Source of the DNA: Bigelowiella natans CCMP2755
Taxonomy: Eukaryota > Protista > Cercozoa
Length of the DNA stretch: 64,000 bases
Direction: 5' to 3'
Assembly: GCA_000320545.1 (NCBI GenBank)
Contig: ADNK01000171.1
Coordinates: forward strand, 6,446-70,445
This document shows, piece after piece, positions 14,589 through 28,305 of the stretch (position 1 is its first letter; each line of letters begins with the position of its first letter). The notes beneath the pieces were generated by a model, which saw nothing but the letters and a program-made list of their open reading frames with translations, did not search any database and had not been told where the DNA came from. A program made the translations under genes and the position numbers.

Positions 14589-17065
14589 ATGTCAGCCTCG
14601 CACACAATACACTCAATGTTCAAGGGCGTGGCTGAGTACTGGATGCCCGTCCTTCAATCCTCTAACTTTAAGAAGGTGAAGCAACCTCCCGCTAGAGCGT
14701 TGTCGCAAATGTGTGATGCATCATAACAGAAAGGTGTGTTGACGCCGGAAGAGTTCGTGGCAGCAGGCGACCAGCTCGTATATAAATGCAGGACATGGCA
14801 ATGGTGTGAATATTCTATTTTCCTTTTGAATTTTGGTTGTCCGTTTTTGCAATTGTATAAGTCAAGAATAATCTCACCATAGGGCTTCCGGCAAGGAAAA
14901 TATGGTGAAGCCATACTTGCCTAAGGATAAACAGTTTCTCGTCACAAAGAATGGTATGCTAGTGGATACTATTTTGTGGCAGTACTGTATACTTTACATT
15001 AATGCAAACGTTTTGCCACTTTTTTTTATAATAACGAAGTTCCATCACTGAAGCGGGCAAGCGACTACGCTCTTAACGTAAAGGAGAATTTTTCATCGTT
15101 CATCCAAGAGCAAAACGATTCATTCTGGATCTAATTAGGATGCAAAAGAAGAAATAGTGGAAAATGACGACGATGATGGTGAGGGAGGTTGGGTATCAAC
15201 TCACGTAAAAGAAAAAAGTGACAAGAAAGATAACAGGGCGAAAGTCGAAGAAGTACAGGTGGTGTTTTTCATCAGCATATTTCAATGACAATAAGGTACT
15301 GGGATTTACCAGGAAATAGATACTTTCGATGACACTGGCGGTGAAGAAGAACAAGGAGCAGAAAATAAGACAGCAGTGAATGGAAAAGAAACAGAAGATG
15401 ATGCAGACGAAGAGGACGAAGACGACATACCCGATATGGACGATTTTGAAGAAGATAATCTTGCGGAAGCGGTACGAATGGGAGGCGTAGATAATACTGA
15501 TTATGATGAAGATAATGAAGTAGGCAAAATAACTTTCGGTATTTTCTTCTCACGAAATAAAAGGACCCTGGAATGCTGCTAACGGACAACATTAAGGAAG
15601 ATGGCAAAGATACAACAGCTACAAAATCTGACAACAAGAATAGTGGACAATCATCTCCACTCACAAACACGGAAGGAAAGATCATTCGTGTATCTGAACC
15701 TGAGGATAATATAGAGAAGACCCGCACGTAATACATAATTCTGATGACACGCCAGAAAATATTTTAGGTTCAACCGGAGTCACATTGTTCAAATCTCGTC
15801 TGCCAACACCACAGTCTCCCTCTCATTAATTAGATTCCTTTCCAACAGATATGATATCTCTATCACATATGACAAGTATTACCGCACGCCTCGGATCTTC
15901 CTTTTCGGGTAATAAAAATCAGTAGAAAGAATTTCTTAGGGGATGGGTTGGTCGTGTTGCGTGGTGGTGATGCCGCTGCTGATGCTGCCCTTTCTGCTGC
16001 TTTAGATACGACAAAAATCGCCAGCCTCTGAGTCCGAAGCAGATAATGGAGGATATCTCTGCAGACCATGCCCGTAAAACGGTCGCCTAATGACATGTGT
16101 AACGACTCCGCTCATGATATGTGACGTGCTAGAAAAGATAATTTAGATGTCGGAGAACTTTAAAAGCAGAGGGCGAAGAAGACGATAAATCATTAACGAT
16201 TAATTTCGCAAGCCTTGATTTTAAATTCGCGCCCTTTTCAATCTTTAGAATTTCTCCTTTTTCCAATCTCGAAAACCATCTAAATGATAATACGTACTTT
16301 AGGTCACCGTAGATCCGCACCCACACCTTGAAGTTCCGGTTGTCATGATCTCTACTCTATGATACACTTTATTATGTGACATAAAATGTGCAAGTATTGA
16401 ATGACCCACGTGTAGAAAATTGGTTTAACTTTCAGAGTGCTATCAAATTGGAATGGGAAGTTTTGAAAAATAATAACTTTCTTTCCCCTTCCCGATCATC
16501 TCAGCACGCATCGATACATCCGTGCAGACATGCACCCGTAATGCTGAGGATTTGCGAGCGCATGGAGGAAGAGGTAGTCTATGGCAGTAATAGGAGTACG
16601 TACTACACTCTCTAGTACTCAAAAACAAATATTGGCATAAGTTTCATATGAATTTATTATTCTCCTGCAGAATATGCGAACGTTGCTGAAGGCTAAGGTT
16701 GCGGAAGCTAAGAAACAGGGAAAAGACACACCAAAGGCAGAATCTCTCAAATTGACAAGTAAAATAAAAGGACTTTTGCCCTCGATAGTGTTGTTCAACA
16801 GAAACAACAACATGCACCTCCGTGTTTTTTCCTACGGACTGTAAGAGTGTGAGAAAAGATGGTCCAATTTGAAGGCGTTTCTTATTGCCTGTTATTCTAC
16901 AGAGGAGGAAGCCGAGCGGGTGGCCATCCGTATAGAGCAGTATTTATTCCTTTTCCTGAAGTTCATATCCTCGGTCATTCCGACGATCGAATACGACTGT
17001 AAGTTTATTAAATCTCCTCAATTTTTAGAACTGATGTCCATTTTTATTTCTCAGACACATTCTGA
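14589..17065 (+). CDS. ATG3: Autophagy E2-like conjugating enzyme ATG3
   Basis: Motifs: [69 protein letters not shown], catalytic SIHPCRHA, and [22 protein letters not shown]. Confidence 0.96.
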
Positions 17066-18742
17066 GCTTTTACCAAGATCTACAGTAATGGCCAATGCTG
17101 TGATCAAAATTTCGAAGATACAACACAGCAAAATATCGACACTTGTTAGAATGATGAACTGACGCAATCGAATCGAATAGCATTGCAAGCTCCCGCGCTG
17201 CTGTGCCACCTATGCACTCAATCGTAGCACGCATAGCTAAGATAGCTCGCATTTTACCGCAATGTAATGTGTTGCATGTATGCTGACCCTTTTTGTCATG
17301 ATTGAGCCTTGTCACAAATGAAGTCGGTACATCGGTCGCAATGCGCCTGCTGCCCATGTGCGCTCATGTGATCTTCGACAGCACAATTATCACATGTTGC
17401 GAACACAGAACACGGCTGTGTAGCACGTGTGCTCGATCAACACACATCATTGTTTTTGCACGCCAGACTTGCAGCAGAGGCAAATGACCTGCGATCAATT
17501 CTTCGTAGTTGTCCCTTTCACATTCGTGTCTTGATTGCGTCACTTCATCACTAGATCATTCTGGATTCAGGTTCCACTGATTGCAAGAGACACTCACTAG
17601 CTGGCTAGCTAGCTCGCACCATGCTGCATGTACGTGGAATGAGCAACGCGGAGCGGGCGTGCGTTGGCGTCATCATCTTGTCCTCGCGATTGGTTTTCTG
17701 CACTTTCGGAAAAACAAAACAAAAACACAAAAACAGCACAAACTCATGTGAAGTTCGACCAGCGCAAAGCGTTTCGTTTGCGGCTGTCGAACGTTCAACT
17801 GTTTTTGTGTTTTTTGTTCAATTTGCTGCAGGAGTTCTTGTGACATTCTCACTTCCACTTGGGAAACACACTTGTGTGTCTTCCCATCAACGCATCCTGT
17901 CAATGATGACAATGATGACAATGACAACAAACAACACCAATTGCATCCTGTCCGGGTCGACGATGAACGTTTCAGAAAATTTTCATCCCTTTCTCGACCA
18001 ACCGTGACGAGCACATGTAGTGGGGAAGCATGGAGAGTGTGACAACCTGAAATCCTGGAGGGCACAACAACCTGAAATCCTCACTAGGCAGGATTTGCTC
18101 ACCGGTGGAACGGAACAATGAACAATGAACAATGATGAAGAACTACATTTCCAAAATGCAACAAGACATTTGCAGTGTACGAAACGCAGTGCCTCGAACT
18201 AACTTTAGTGAGGACCATCTAGTGAAACCAAAAGGAATGAAGAATGGCACTGTAGCCACTCCTCCGTTCCTAGTTTCATTGTTTTTAGTACCAACTTCAG
18301 GACCACGCATCCCTAAATCCTGTCGTGATGGTTTGCTCATGCTTGGAGATCACCAAGCAAGAACACCACACCTACGAACCCCAAGAGAACAATCCCATGG
18401 ACCACACCTTCATGGTCTGCTTCACACCTACCACAACATCCCCAGCAACGGATCAAAGCCTACAAAATGTTCTTTCTTAGATCTACAAAGATAAATTCAT
18501 GTCTCGATCTATTTTCGGAAATTATCAAATGCAGCAAACACGAACCGCGGGAAGCCCTTCCTGTTGCATTTTGCGGAACGTCTCCATAAATACCCAAAAT
18601 ATTTATCGGAAAAGGCCATGAATTACTGTCGCTATGAGAAAATACTCCTGCATTTGGACTATGGTAGATCTAACATCAGCCGCCTGTGACAGTCTTAAAA
18701 AAATTCAAGTGGAAGGGGAAAGGACTCACAAGGACCAGCTCG

Positions 18743-19894
18743 ATGGGAAGAAAGGGCGTCTCATATGCAGAAAAGCAAGTGCGGATGCAAGCTTATTTTC
18801 ATGAAACGGTCATTATTCAACCTCTTCCATTGCGTGTATTAGAAGCTATTACACAGAATACGAAGCATAGTTTACTTACAGAAACAAGTGTATTCGCTCA
18901 AGCAACTTGAAAGGAAGCTTCCAAAGGCGAAAGGAATAGGTTCAATTAATTAAACAGATCTGTAATACGCTAAAATCTTAAAACTATTACGTTTTTATTA
19001 AATTATAGTTTCGCAGTCTGTGAAAGATGTCCTACAATCTCTTGTCGACGAAGAAAAGGTGAATACTTTGCACGTGATGCAGCATTTGGTGATAGTGTGC
19101 CCCTTTCCACGCCAAGGTTGACTTCGACAAAATCGGATCTGGTAACTTCTTCTGGTCATTCCCCAGCAAAGGTAAGGTTTTGCATTCAGTGAAATAGAAA
19201 CCCTTCCGTAATTTTCTATTTTTTTGCAGCGTCCCAAAAGCGGAAGAATTTAATTTCTTCTCTCGAAAGTGAAATTGGAAAAAAAAAGAGGAAGCTCGAT
19301 CAACTACAACAAGACAAACAAAAAGCCAGTATGGGCAGGTACAACTTTGATTATTTTCAGACTCTTTAGCTAATTTAGCATTTTTCCCGTTGATAAGGGA
19401 CGACACAGACTCGCGTCGGAAAAAATTACAAAAATATAAAGATCTGCAAGATATGGTAGTCTTCAACATTTTAGTACTTCCACATTATAGTGACCGTGTG
19501 TCTTGATAGATTGCAAAGGTAGACGTTGAACTGTCAAAATTTGCGGCTTCTGATCCGAAGACTATTGAGAAAAAGCAGAAGGCCATCAAGGTTAACTGAG
19601 CAATGTTAAAGTAGTTTCTGTTTCATCAGCCTATATTGAGATTTCTGCTACGGTGGGACAATCCTGGTGTTGATGTATCGCCCGACAGAGTTATTGTTTC
19701 TTATTTATGGTTATCTTATTTACGGTTGCCTATAGTGCTGTTGGACCAATGCAAATCGATGGATAGACAACGTGTTTCAAATCCTCACGTTTGCAAAGAA
19801 GAAGCGTCCAGATCTGAAAGATAAAGACATTCTCAAATACATGCAGCTTCCAGAAGAGCTAGACTACTTGCCAGATCCAAAGCATGGAATATAA
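18743..19894 (+). CDS. MND1: Meiotic nuclear division protein MND1
   Basis: Motifs: MGRKGVSYAEKQVRM, YSLKQLERKLPKAKGIVSQSVKDVLQSLVDE, DKIGSGNFFWSFPS and ANRWIDNVF..LPEELDY. Confidence 0.93.
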
Positions 19895-20529
19895 ACTCGC
19901 GAATACATAATAGGTTAAAAAGTATTTGCAGATGTATATTTATTCCAATGATGTATATGTACTAAACGTGATACGTGGTACCTACACTCGTCCGATGGTA
20001 ATTTTGCATCATTTTGTGGCGGAATTTTTTTTAAAAATCTTCCTAATAAACGCATACTGTAACACTGCGCCAGTCGCGCCGAGATGCCTGCCTGATACTT
20101 CCATCTGGCGACATAATTAGTGCTTGATACATAGTATCACACATAGTATATACACACACAGCACACCACGCGTAGCCACGTGCGCACACGAACTAGACTA
20201 AACACAAACACAGCCACAAGCAAGTATTAAGTCGCATGTGTGTGAGTGGCATTGATCAGTCTGAATGATCATGATCGAACACAGATGCACCGCATACGTG
20301 TGATATGTGAGAGCCCAGCTCTCGTGCTGTCCACAGTGCGTGTGTCGTCGATGTATTCTGCGTTGCGTATCATTCCAATGGCTCATGTCGATGCATGTTA
20401 GCATGCTTCAAAGATTTTGCATGTTCATGAGTGCATCGCACAGAGTCAGAGAGTCACTACATCATCACGTGCGATGAAGATCCATGTTCAGCGTGATCTA
20501 ATTGTTACCTGCAATGCTGCAATGCATGC

Positions 20530-20997
20530 AATTACATGCCTAAGAAAAAGTAGTGGCGTTCGATTCTGTTCGACCATTGAACTACTTTTCTCTCTATTTT
20601 CCCAGCCTAGCTGTTTCGTAGCTCACTCTTCATTTTGTTCGTTCACTCATCATTTACTTTTGAACTTTAAGTTTGTGTAAATCATCTTCCTGGCGAATTC
20701 CCACCGCCAACAGGCCCAGTCCAATTACGATGCCAATCAGCCCGAGAATGTTGTACCCTGGCTCTTGCAAATTACCTCGAAATCTGCATGCAATACCATG
20801 AATTAGCACACTATTATCAACTAGGTGAAATGACGAAGCAACTAAAGTTGAAAATCTCTTTTAATTCATACCCAGTTGAAATCAGAATCCAGGATAATAT
20901 CACAGAAGTTGCAGGCTGCAGTGGTGTATATGCCAGCACAATGGACGCATCTATACAAACAATAAAGTTCATCAACAAGCGGGTAAAGGTTCCCCTC

Positions 20998-21076
<79 letters not shown>

Positions 21077-21079
21077 TTC

Positions 21080-21119
<40 letters not shown>

Positions 21120-21963
21120 ATATCACATTACCTGCGTACTTATTGCCCCAGTTTATCAGAATGTATGATATTATAGAGCCGAAGACGATGTAGTACCCGA
21201 AAGCATACCACGCACCTCCGGGCACATTCCATAGTGGGCTTGATGAAGCTTGATTTTTACACTCTTCGCACAAAAAATATAAGAGAGGCTCGACGTTACT
21301 AACACCCAAAGCGGTAAACACCATACTGAAGGATACCTGCGTATATGGAAAGACAACAGACCAGAAGAGTTAAAAGGGAAGGAAAAGAAAAGCCAGGAAG
21401 GAGAGGAAGAAAAGGACGTAGATCGTTGAGTAAGAATAATTACACGTATTCTTATAAAAGACGCTAATAATCTATAACAGACACCAAAGAACGATAAAAC
21501 TATACTAGAAGCTAAGAGGATGTTAAATAACAAAATCAATTTTGCGAGAGGAAAATACGACATACCACGATGTACGAAAATGCGGTGACGCATATCGGAG
21601 AGTAGTGTTCATATAAAGGCCTTGCGAACACCACATGCAAGGCCGTTGCCAAGCAATTCGAGAAAAACAAGCTATTTCCAAAGAGCTCTGATCAGACCGC
21701 ACACAAACACGTACACATGAAGCATGGACTAAATGAAAGACCACAGAAACAGTGATCAGGATGAATTGGCTAAACGGAATCTTTCCATCCATGAGCTCAT
21801 ACCTGACGAACCGGTAGATAAATTGGCTCCATAGAGAACCATAAAGAGAGCACCAGCACATGCCATGAGAACACCAAGAATTTTATATCCATTCGGCTCC
21901 TCCTGAAGGTTAGAAGTGGAAGAAAGAGATTAGGTATGCAATATCTTGTTTCAATGTGTGTTC

Positions 21964-21994
<31 letters not shown>

Positions 21995-22851
21995 TTAATC
22001 ATTTTTTTCAATTTATTCGACCAGTTTAAGTTGAATTGCAATTGCTGTGATCATGATCTGTATCAAACAAATCTTAGAATTAGTCCTCGTCATCTAATTT
22101 ATGTGGAGTGGCTACTGCTCTTTTTCATCGGTGAGGGTTAGTATCGATAGTAGAGGTTCATCCCAACTTACGCACAGATTGCGTAGGTTGCCATGCCGAT
22201 CCGAGAACAGCATTTGATAGATTTATTCCAAACAGAAACAGAATCTGACAAGTAGAATACCTGTGACCAATTCAATGTTAGTGTGTCACTATTCTTTTTT
22301 ACCTGCGCCAAGAACATGAAGACCCCGACGACGATGAACCTTACATTCAATTGTATAGGTTAGGGCCGATTCATCTATCTAATAATTTTATATCTTCGCT
22401 GTTTTACAATATCTATGGTGCTCCATCTGTACCTTATGGCGTGCCTTGGCTGCGGTATCATCGGTGTCTTTCCACCATAATCCATACATAGTGAAATAAG
22501 GCAGAGAAGCGGCCCAGCAATTCCATGGCAAATTAAACAGAATACTACTGGGTTGCAGTTCTGGAGTCCAAGCTAGGAAAAATGACACATTATGTGAAGA
22601 GAGCTCGGGTATTTGATATAGCAGTACTACAGAGGACACATAAAAGGAAAAATTGCCACCTTGCCAACAATGCTGTTGCCTCCAAATAATACTTGTGGTA
22701 TAATCAATGCAAGGTGAGCTAGCCATTGTGACGGAGGAGTGCTTGGTTCATCTTTAGCATGATCAGAGTGTGGGTAATCCTTCTGTAACAGGGGTTCATG
22801 GACATTTCCGTCGCAACTCTCGAGGTTGAGGTGTTCGTCCTTGTCGCCCAT
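20530..22851 (-). CDS. EamA/WAT1-like drug-metabolite transporter (3' end approximate)
   Basis: Exons read LAHLALIIPQVLFGGNSIVGK|LGLQNCNPVVF, AWQPTQSV, YKILGVLMACAGALFMV and NILGLIGIVIGLGLL; about 10 TM segments. Confidence 0.8.
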
Positions 22852-23370
22852 CTTGTTAACCTGTGAGGAAACGTCTCCTTCCTCTACCTCCCTCTCGAAA
22901 TTTCTTCTCGCTCTCAACACTTGGGCATCATGATTGTCGGCTCTTGTCATCAGATGTGGGGTAGAATTCAAACTGAATTCAAATTCTGGAGAATTCTCGC
23001 GGATAAACTCTGGGAAGCGCGACACATTCGGAATCTGTCGCAGGAGTTGAACCGCAACACATCGAGTTGTCGCAGGGTATCAGTCGCGAATATCGATGGA
23101 ACTTGTTGGTCCAAAAATATGTGCGACAATCCAACATTGTTGTCGTAATATCGTAATCGGAAGCACGGCCACACTGAAGAAACAAACACCTTCCCTCCGG
23201 ATCCTCACCTGCATTTCTTGCCTTGCACGATGGCACAGGGGGGCAAGCCAAATGCAAAATGAATGCATATGCGTAGCTGGGACCCAATAAGCCCTCGTGA
23301 AATAAATTTTAATAAGGCATGAAGGAATAGTGCGAGCTTGCTTTCTTCTCCCATCCCCCCCTCCGGCTCA

Positions 23371-26288
23371 ATGAAAATAGGAGGATATGATGTCGATTTC
23401 CCTTTTAAGCCTTACCCCTCTCAACTCGCCTTCATGAGCAAGGTCGCTGGAAATTTTCGATGGTTTCGAGAATATTTTACTAAATTGTGGATACATCAAA
23501 AGGTTCTCTGCGCTATTTCATCATGTGAGAACGCCCTACTCGAATCGCCGACTGGAACGGGGAAAAGTTTAGCCCTTCTCTGCTCTTCCCTCGCTTGGCT
23601 GCGGGTCGAAAAAGCGAAGAAGCAGGACAAGAATTCCCAGGAAGAGGTAGGAGGTAGTGATTCTCAAGGTCGGTACTCAAGATACACATCCGCACAAATG
23701 CACCCTACTCATTCACCGACTAAATGCAGCGTATTGTGTATGTGTGCGTGTTATGGGGGTGGCGTCCTGAGGGCAACACTTAATATGATCGATATCAGAG
23801 AATATCGCCACACAGAGGAAGAAAACGAAGGCACGAATATTCTTTGCAACACGAACCCACAGCCAAATTGCCCAAATTATTCGGGAACTGAGGACCACGT
23901 AAGCAGATAGTGTAGTGTTTTCATCACCACATAAGGCAAATGATTGCTGTGATATAAAAGATTGAATGCTTGCTTGTGCAAATTTGGGGATGTGGAAGTA
24001 TAAAATGCTAAGAAACTACATAACATGCATGTGTTTTCTAAAGTCAAAGACTGCGGGGATATGTTTCTCGTGACGTTTTTGTAGTTTATGTGGGAAAGTA
24101 GTAATAAGCTTTTTGCAGCTTCAAGTCCGTTTTAAAGATTATACGATATAGAATCGAATCATCAAATGTCGTTGACGAGGTTGCCACATCGGTGTCTGAT
24201 GGACAGGAACTACCGGCCTGAAATGACCATTTTGGGATCTCGAGATAGATATTGCATCAACAAGAAAGGTCGGAGAACACAAATTCCTCGGAACTCAGAT
24301 GTCTAACGTATCGCAATGCGCAGCGTCTCTGTGGATGTATGTGTTTGCCATTGCATGTTTGAATGGGTGTCTGAATTTCATGGGTTGGTTGATCTATATA
24401 AATGCCAAAGTGCGAGCTGCAAGCCAAGGTGGCAATCTGAGTGAGGAGTGCGAAGAGACCGTGAAGCAGGGCTCCTGCAGGTTCTTTTTCCAGCCGCAAT
24501 ACAGGAAGCTGAAAGGGAAAATGAGGAAGAGCGGGAAAGAGAGCATGGAAGTCTGGGACATCGAGGACCTCGTCGAGTTTGGCAAGAAGCACAAAGGTGC
24601 TGCGCGCTCCGCGTTAAATCCTCCCTCATCGTCCCCAGTTTGTTGTCGTCGCTTCTGAATGTTCGTCGAACCGCTGTAATATTGAGATCGCAGTGAGAAC
24701 ATGCCCAACGATGATGGATCTGTTTTCCATTTTTCAGCATGTCCTTACTACGCATCGCGCCTGATATTTGAGCACGCGGAGCTCGTGTTCTGTCCGTACA
24801 ACTACCTCATCGACCCTCTCATACGAGATTCAATGGACTTGGACCTCAACGACGCAGTCTTGATCTTGTAGTGCTTAGAAGAGACTATCAATCATTCATC
24901 GATACTCCGAAAAATAATATACCTCCCCCCCCCCGCACCAAAATATTCTGTGTAGACGAATATAAATGAGAGGAGGGGGGGGGGGGGGGGGGGGATGTGC
25001 ATTGAAGGAATAAACTTTGAATGCATTTTCTACAGTGACGAGGCTCACAATATAGAAGACATTGCCCGTGATGGCACTAGCGGGAAGTTCAACATCGATG
25101 TCTTGCAAGAAGCCATCAAAGCACTGCAGATAGTCATTGACGACGCCTTCCACATCGGCATCCACGCTCCGCTCAAAAAGAGTAGGAACTCGATGTATCC
25201 TTCTCCCCCACGCTCTCTATGTGCGTGCGTGCGTGCGTGCGTGCGTGTGTGTGCTATCTCTCTTATCCATGGTCGTCTCAGGCACACAGTCTGTTGTGAA
25301 TTGGCTGATTCAAAGCGAAAGCTTGCTCGGCACCGTCGGTTATGAGCACGAGCAGCTCATGATGGAAGGCCCGGAGGCTTCTATGCAGCTCGAAGGCCTC
25401 CAAATCACAACGGAGACTACGGAGAGGATGAAGAAATTGGTTTGCTCCTTACTTGCACGCATATGTGTCGACCTGCTGACAAGTTAGTGTGTGGGAAAAC
25501 TTGGCCAAGCGGCGTTCCAGCAACGCACGCGCACAGTTATCGCCATCGTTAGCGCAATCGTCATCCCAATGCTTAGCTCGATGTGTTGTTGTTGTTGTTG
25601 TGATTGCTGTGATTACAATATTGCCGTGCTCTTGGAAAGGTGGACAGGTCGGCCACTGAGAGTTCTAAAGCTGAGAACAAGGTTACACGCGCCGCACCCC
25701 GTTTACCTTAATCTTCACCGCAGCTCCCCCTTCCCACAACCTGATTAAGCTGAAAAATAAATGTGCCTGACTAGGAGGTTGGGCTACCTTCAGCCCACGC
25801 CAGCGTCCTCACGGGTTTGTACGTCGTCCTGGACTTCATGCTTAGGTACGTGTAGATGGGGATAGCGGCGGCCATTTGCCATTTGTTTATATGGTGTATT
25901 GTGTGTTGTGTGTTGTGTGCGTGTGCGTGTGTTTGCGTGCACGTAGGCATCCGCAGGAGTACAAGGTCGTGTTCTCGAAGAAATCCGCACAGGAGCAGCA
26001 GCCTGGCCGACGGCGACGGAGGAGGGGGAGGGCATCATCGAACGGAAAGCGGTGGAACTATACGCTCCAAATATGGTGTATGAACCCAGCCGTTGCCTTC
26101 AGAGAGGTCTCTCACATGGCGAGATCGGTAAGAATGCTGCGCATGGCTTCGGCGACAACGACAACAACAACAACAACAACAACTGCAGGTAATATTGACT
26201 TCTGGGACGCTCGCCCCTCTGGATTCTTTCGCTTGTGAGCTTGGTGCTGTGTTTAAGCACAGGTAGTAGAAGTAGTAGTAGCAGGAGT

Positions 26289-26319
<31 letters not shown>

Positions 26320-27510
26320 GCAGCGTTGGAAGGGCTGATCTGCGGCTTGTGCGAGTATATAAGCACACACGCAGCAGCGGATGCGCTGTTGAAAGGGGGT
26401 GGGGGGGGGGGAGAGCTCGGACAAGCAGCCAACGGCTACATTCGAGGGGGTGCGACGAAATGCAGCGTATTTTTGTCGCGGTGAATGCAAAGCGGCATTG
26501 TTGTCCATCTTGCTCCGGTCAATGAATGTTGGTGATGATGACCTCCTCCCAGGCTGGAGGCCCGGCACCTGATTCCGAAGGAAAACGTGTTGGCGCGAGT
26601 CGTATCGCGTGACGCGAACGGCAAGCGACTGGTCGGGACCTTCAAACACACCAGGTGCGCGCATGCGCGTAGCACCGCAGAAAGCGATCCACCCTACTCG
26701 TCAGCTCTTGTGGCGACGTGTTAGCAGCCTTGGCTACTACCCGGCCCGTGTTCTCTAACGTGTAAGTTGATGATGATGATAATAATAATGATAATGATAA
26801 CTTCCACAGCAAATACAGCTACCAGGATTCGATCGGGGAAATCGTCTTGAATATCTGCACGGCCGTCCCCGAGGGTTAGAGGGGGTTTGGGCGGGGGTGG
26901 GCGCCATGTGTTGCTTTGGGGGGCTTCAAGTTCTTTGTTGTGCTGCTATTGCGGAAAAAAAAACTTTCTTCTCCTGTTGTTTTGCCCGCACAATTGTATT
27001 ATCATGATTATCGCCATATATTTTCTTCAGGAGTCCTAGTGTTCTTCCCTTCTTATAAGCTCCTGGAGACGATCTGTGAGCGCTGGAAAGATACGGAATT
27101 GTGGCACCAGATAAGGAAGGAGAAGGTCGGCTTCTCCGAGGCGTAAGAGCAGTCTGTTTGAGTGCGAAGTTGCCACGCACGTCATACACAGCTGACAGAG
27201 GGGCGGGGGGGAAGGGGAGATGAGATGCGAGAGATCGAATCTCTCATCTGCATAGGAAACAAGTGCACGATATGATTTTTGATGCGCAATCTCCTTATCC
27301 AGGTTATCTGCGTGGAGTCAAGAGACAGCTCCAAAAACTCCAATTTTGAGCTCTCAATGAAAACTTACAAGTAGTGCGCATGACGATCATAATGATTGTT
27401 ATTGTAATTATCATTATTGCTATATTAGTGTAGAAATAGTACCGTGTTAATTTTGAGGATGTGCTTGTTACTGTGTTGGCAGAAGCCTCACAAAATACAC
27501 CTAGTAATGC

Positions 27511-27548
<38 letters not shown>

Positions 27549-28105
27549 GTGTGTGTGTGTGTGTGAATGAATAAGAATTGGTTAAAACATAAAATAAATA
27601 CTGTGAGAGGGGGGGGGAACAAAAGATGCTGCGTAGTATAATTGAATCGGCCAACAGGGGTTTGTTTGAGGAAAGAAACTCTCTATTGACATCGATGGAT
27701 CAAAGACGGAGTAGCATGCGAACATGCTCACCTTTCCTGACCAATTGATAATACCCCCCCCCCCCCCCTCTCTCTCTTTCTCTCTCTCAGGTCCGCAGTG
27801 GCCAAGGGAAGCGACGGCAAAGAGACGACAGGCATCGGTTCCCATCGCATCATCGTGATAAATGCTTCATACACACTCTTCTCTGTGTTCGTTCTTGAAC
27901 GCAATTATAGGATTTCTACTCAACTCACGTCGTCCCGTCAGAGAATGGCATCAACTGACGATAACGATGCTGCCGGCATTTTATTATCCCCTTTCAGGAG
28001 GCGCGGTGTTCTTAGGAGTGTGCCGTGGTAAGATTTCGGAGGGGATCGATTTCTCAGACGGCGATGCTAGGGCCGTCCTGATCGTTGGAATCCCATGTAA
28101 TAATA

Positions 28106-28143
<38 letters not shown>

Positions 28144-28266
28144 CAGAAGAAGAAGAAGGAGAAGGAGAAGAAATACCACAAACATGTCGTTTGGTAGAGA
28201 TTAGTTTCCTACCGGGTTCCAAACATGCATTCGCAGATAGAAAGTATTGAATTGGCATGTACTGTG

Positions 28267-28305
<39 letters not shown>

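Noticed and set aside
18042-18133. CRISPR-like repeat array
   Set aside because: There are only two 15-bp copies and a 7-mer triplet, with no spacer array or cas genes, in a eukaryotic context.
26230-26555. Non-canonical splice site in FANCJ
   Set aside because: I could not phase the micro-exon(s) between CEL and LEARH unambiguously, so there is insufficient evidence without cDNA.
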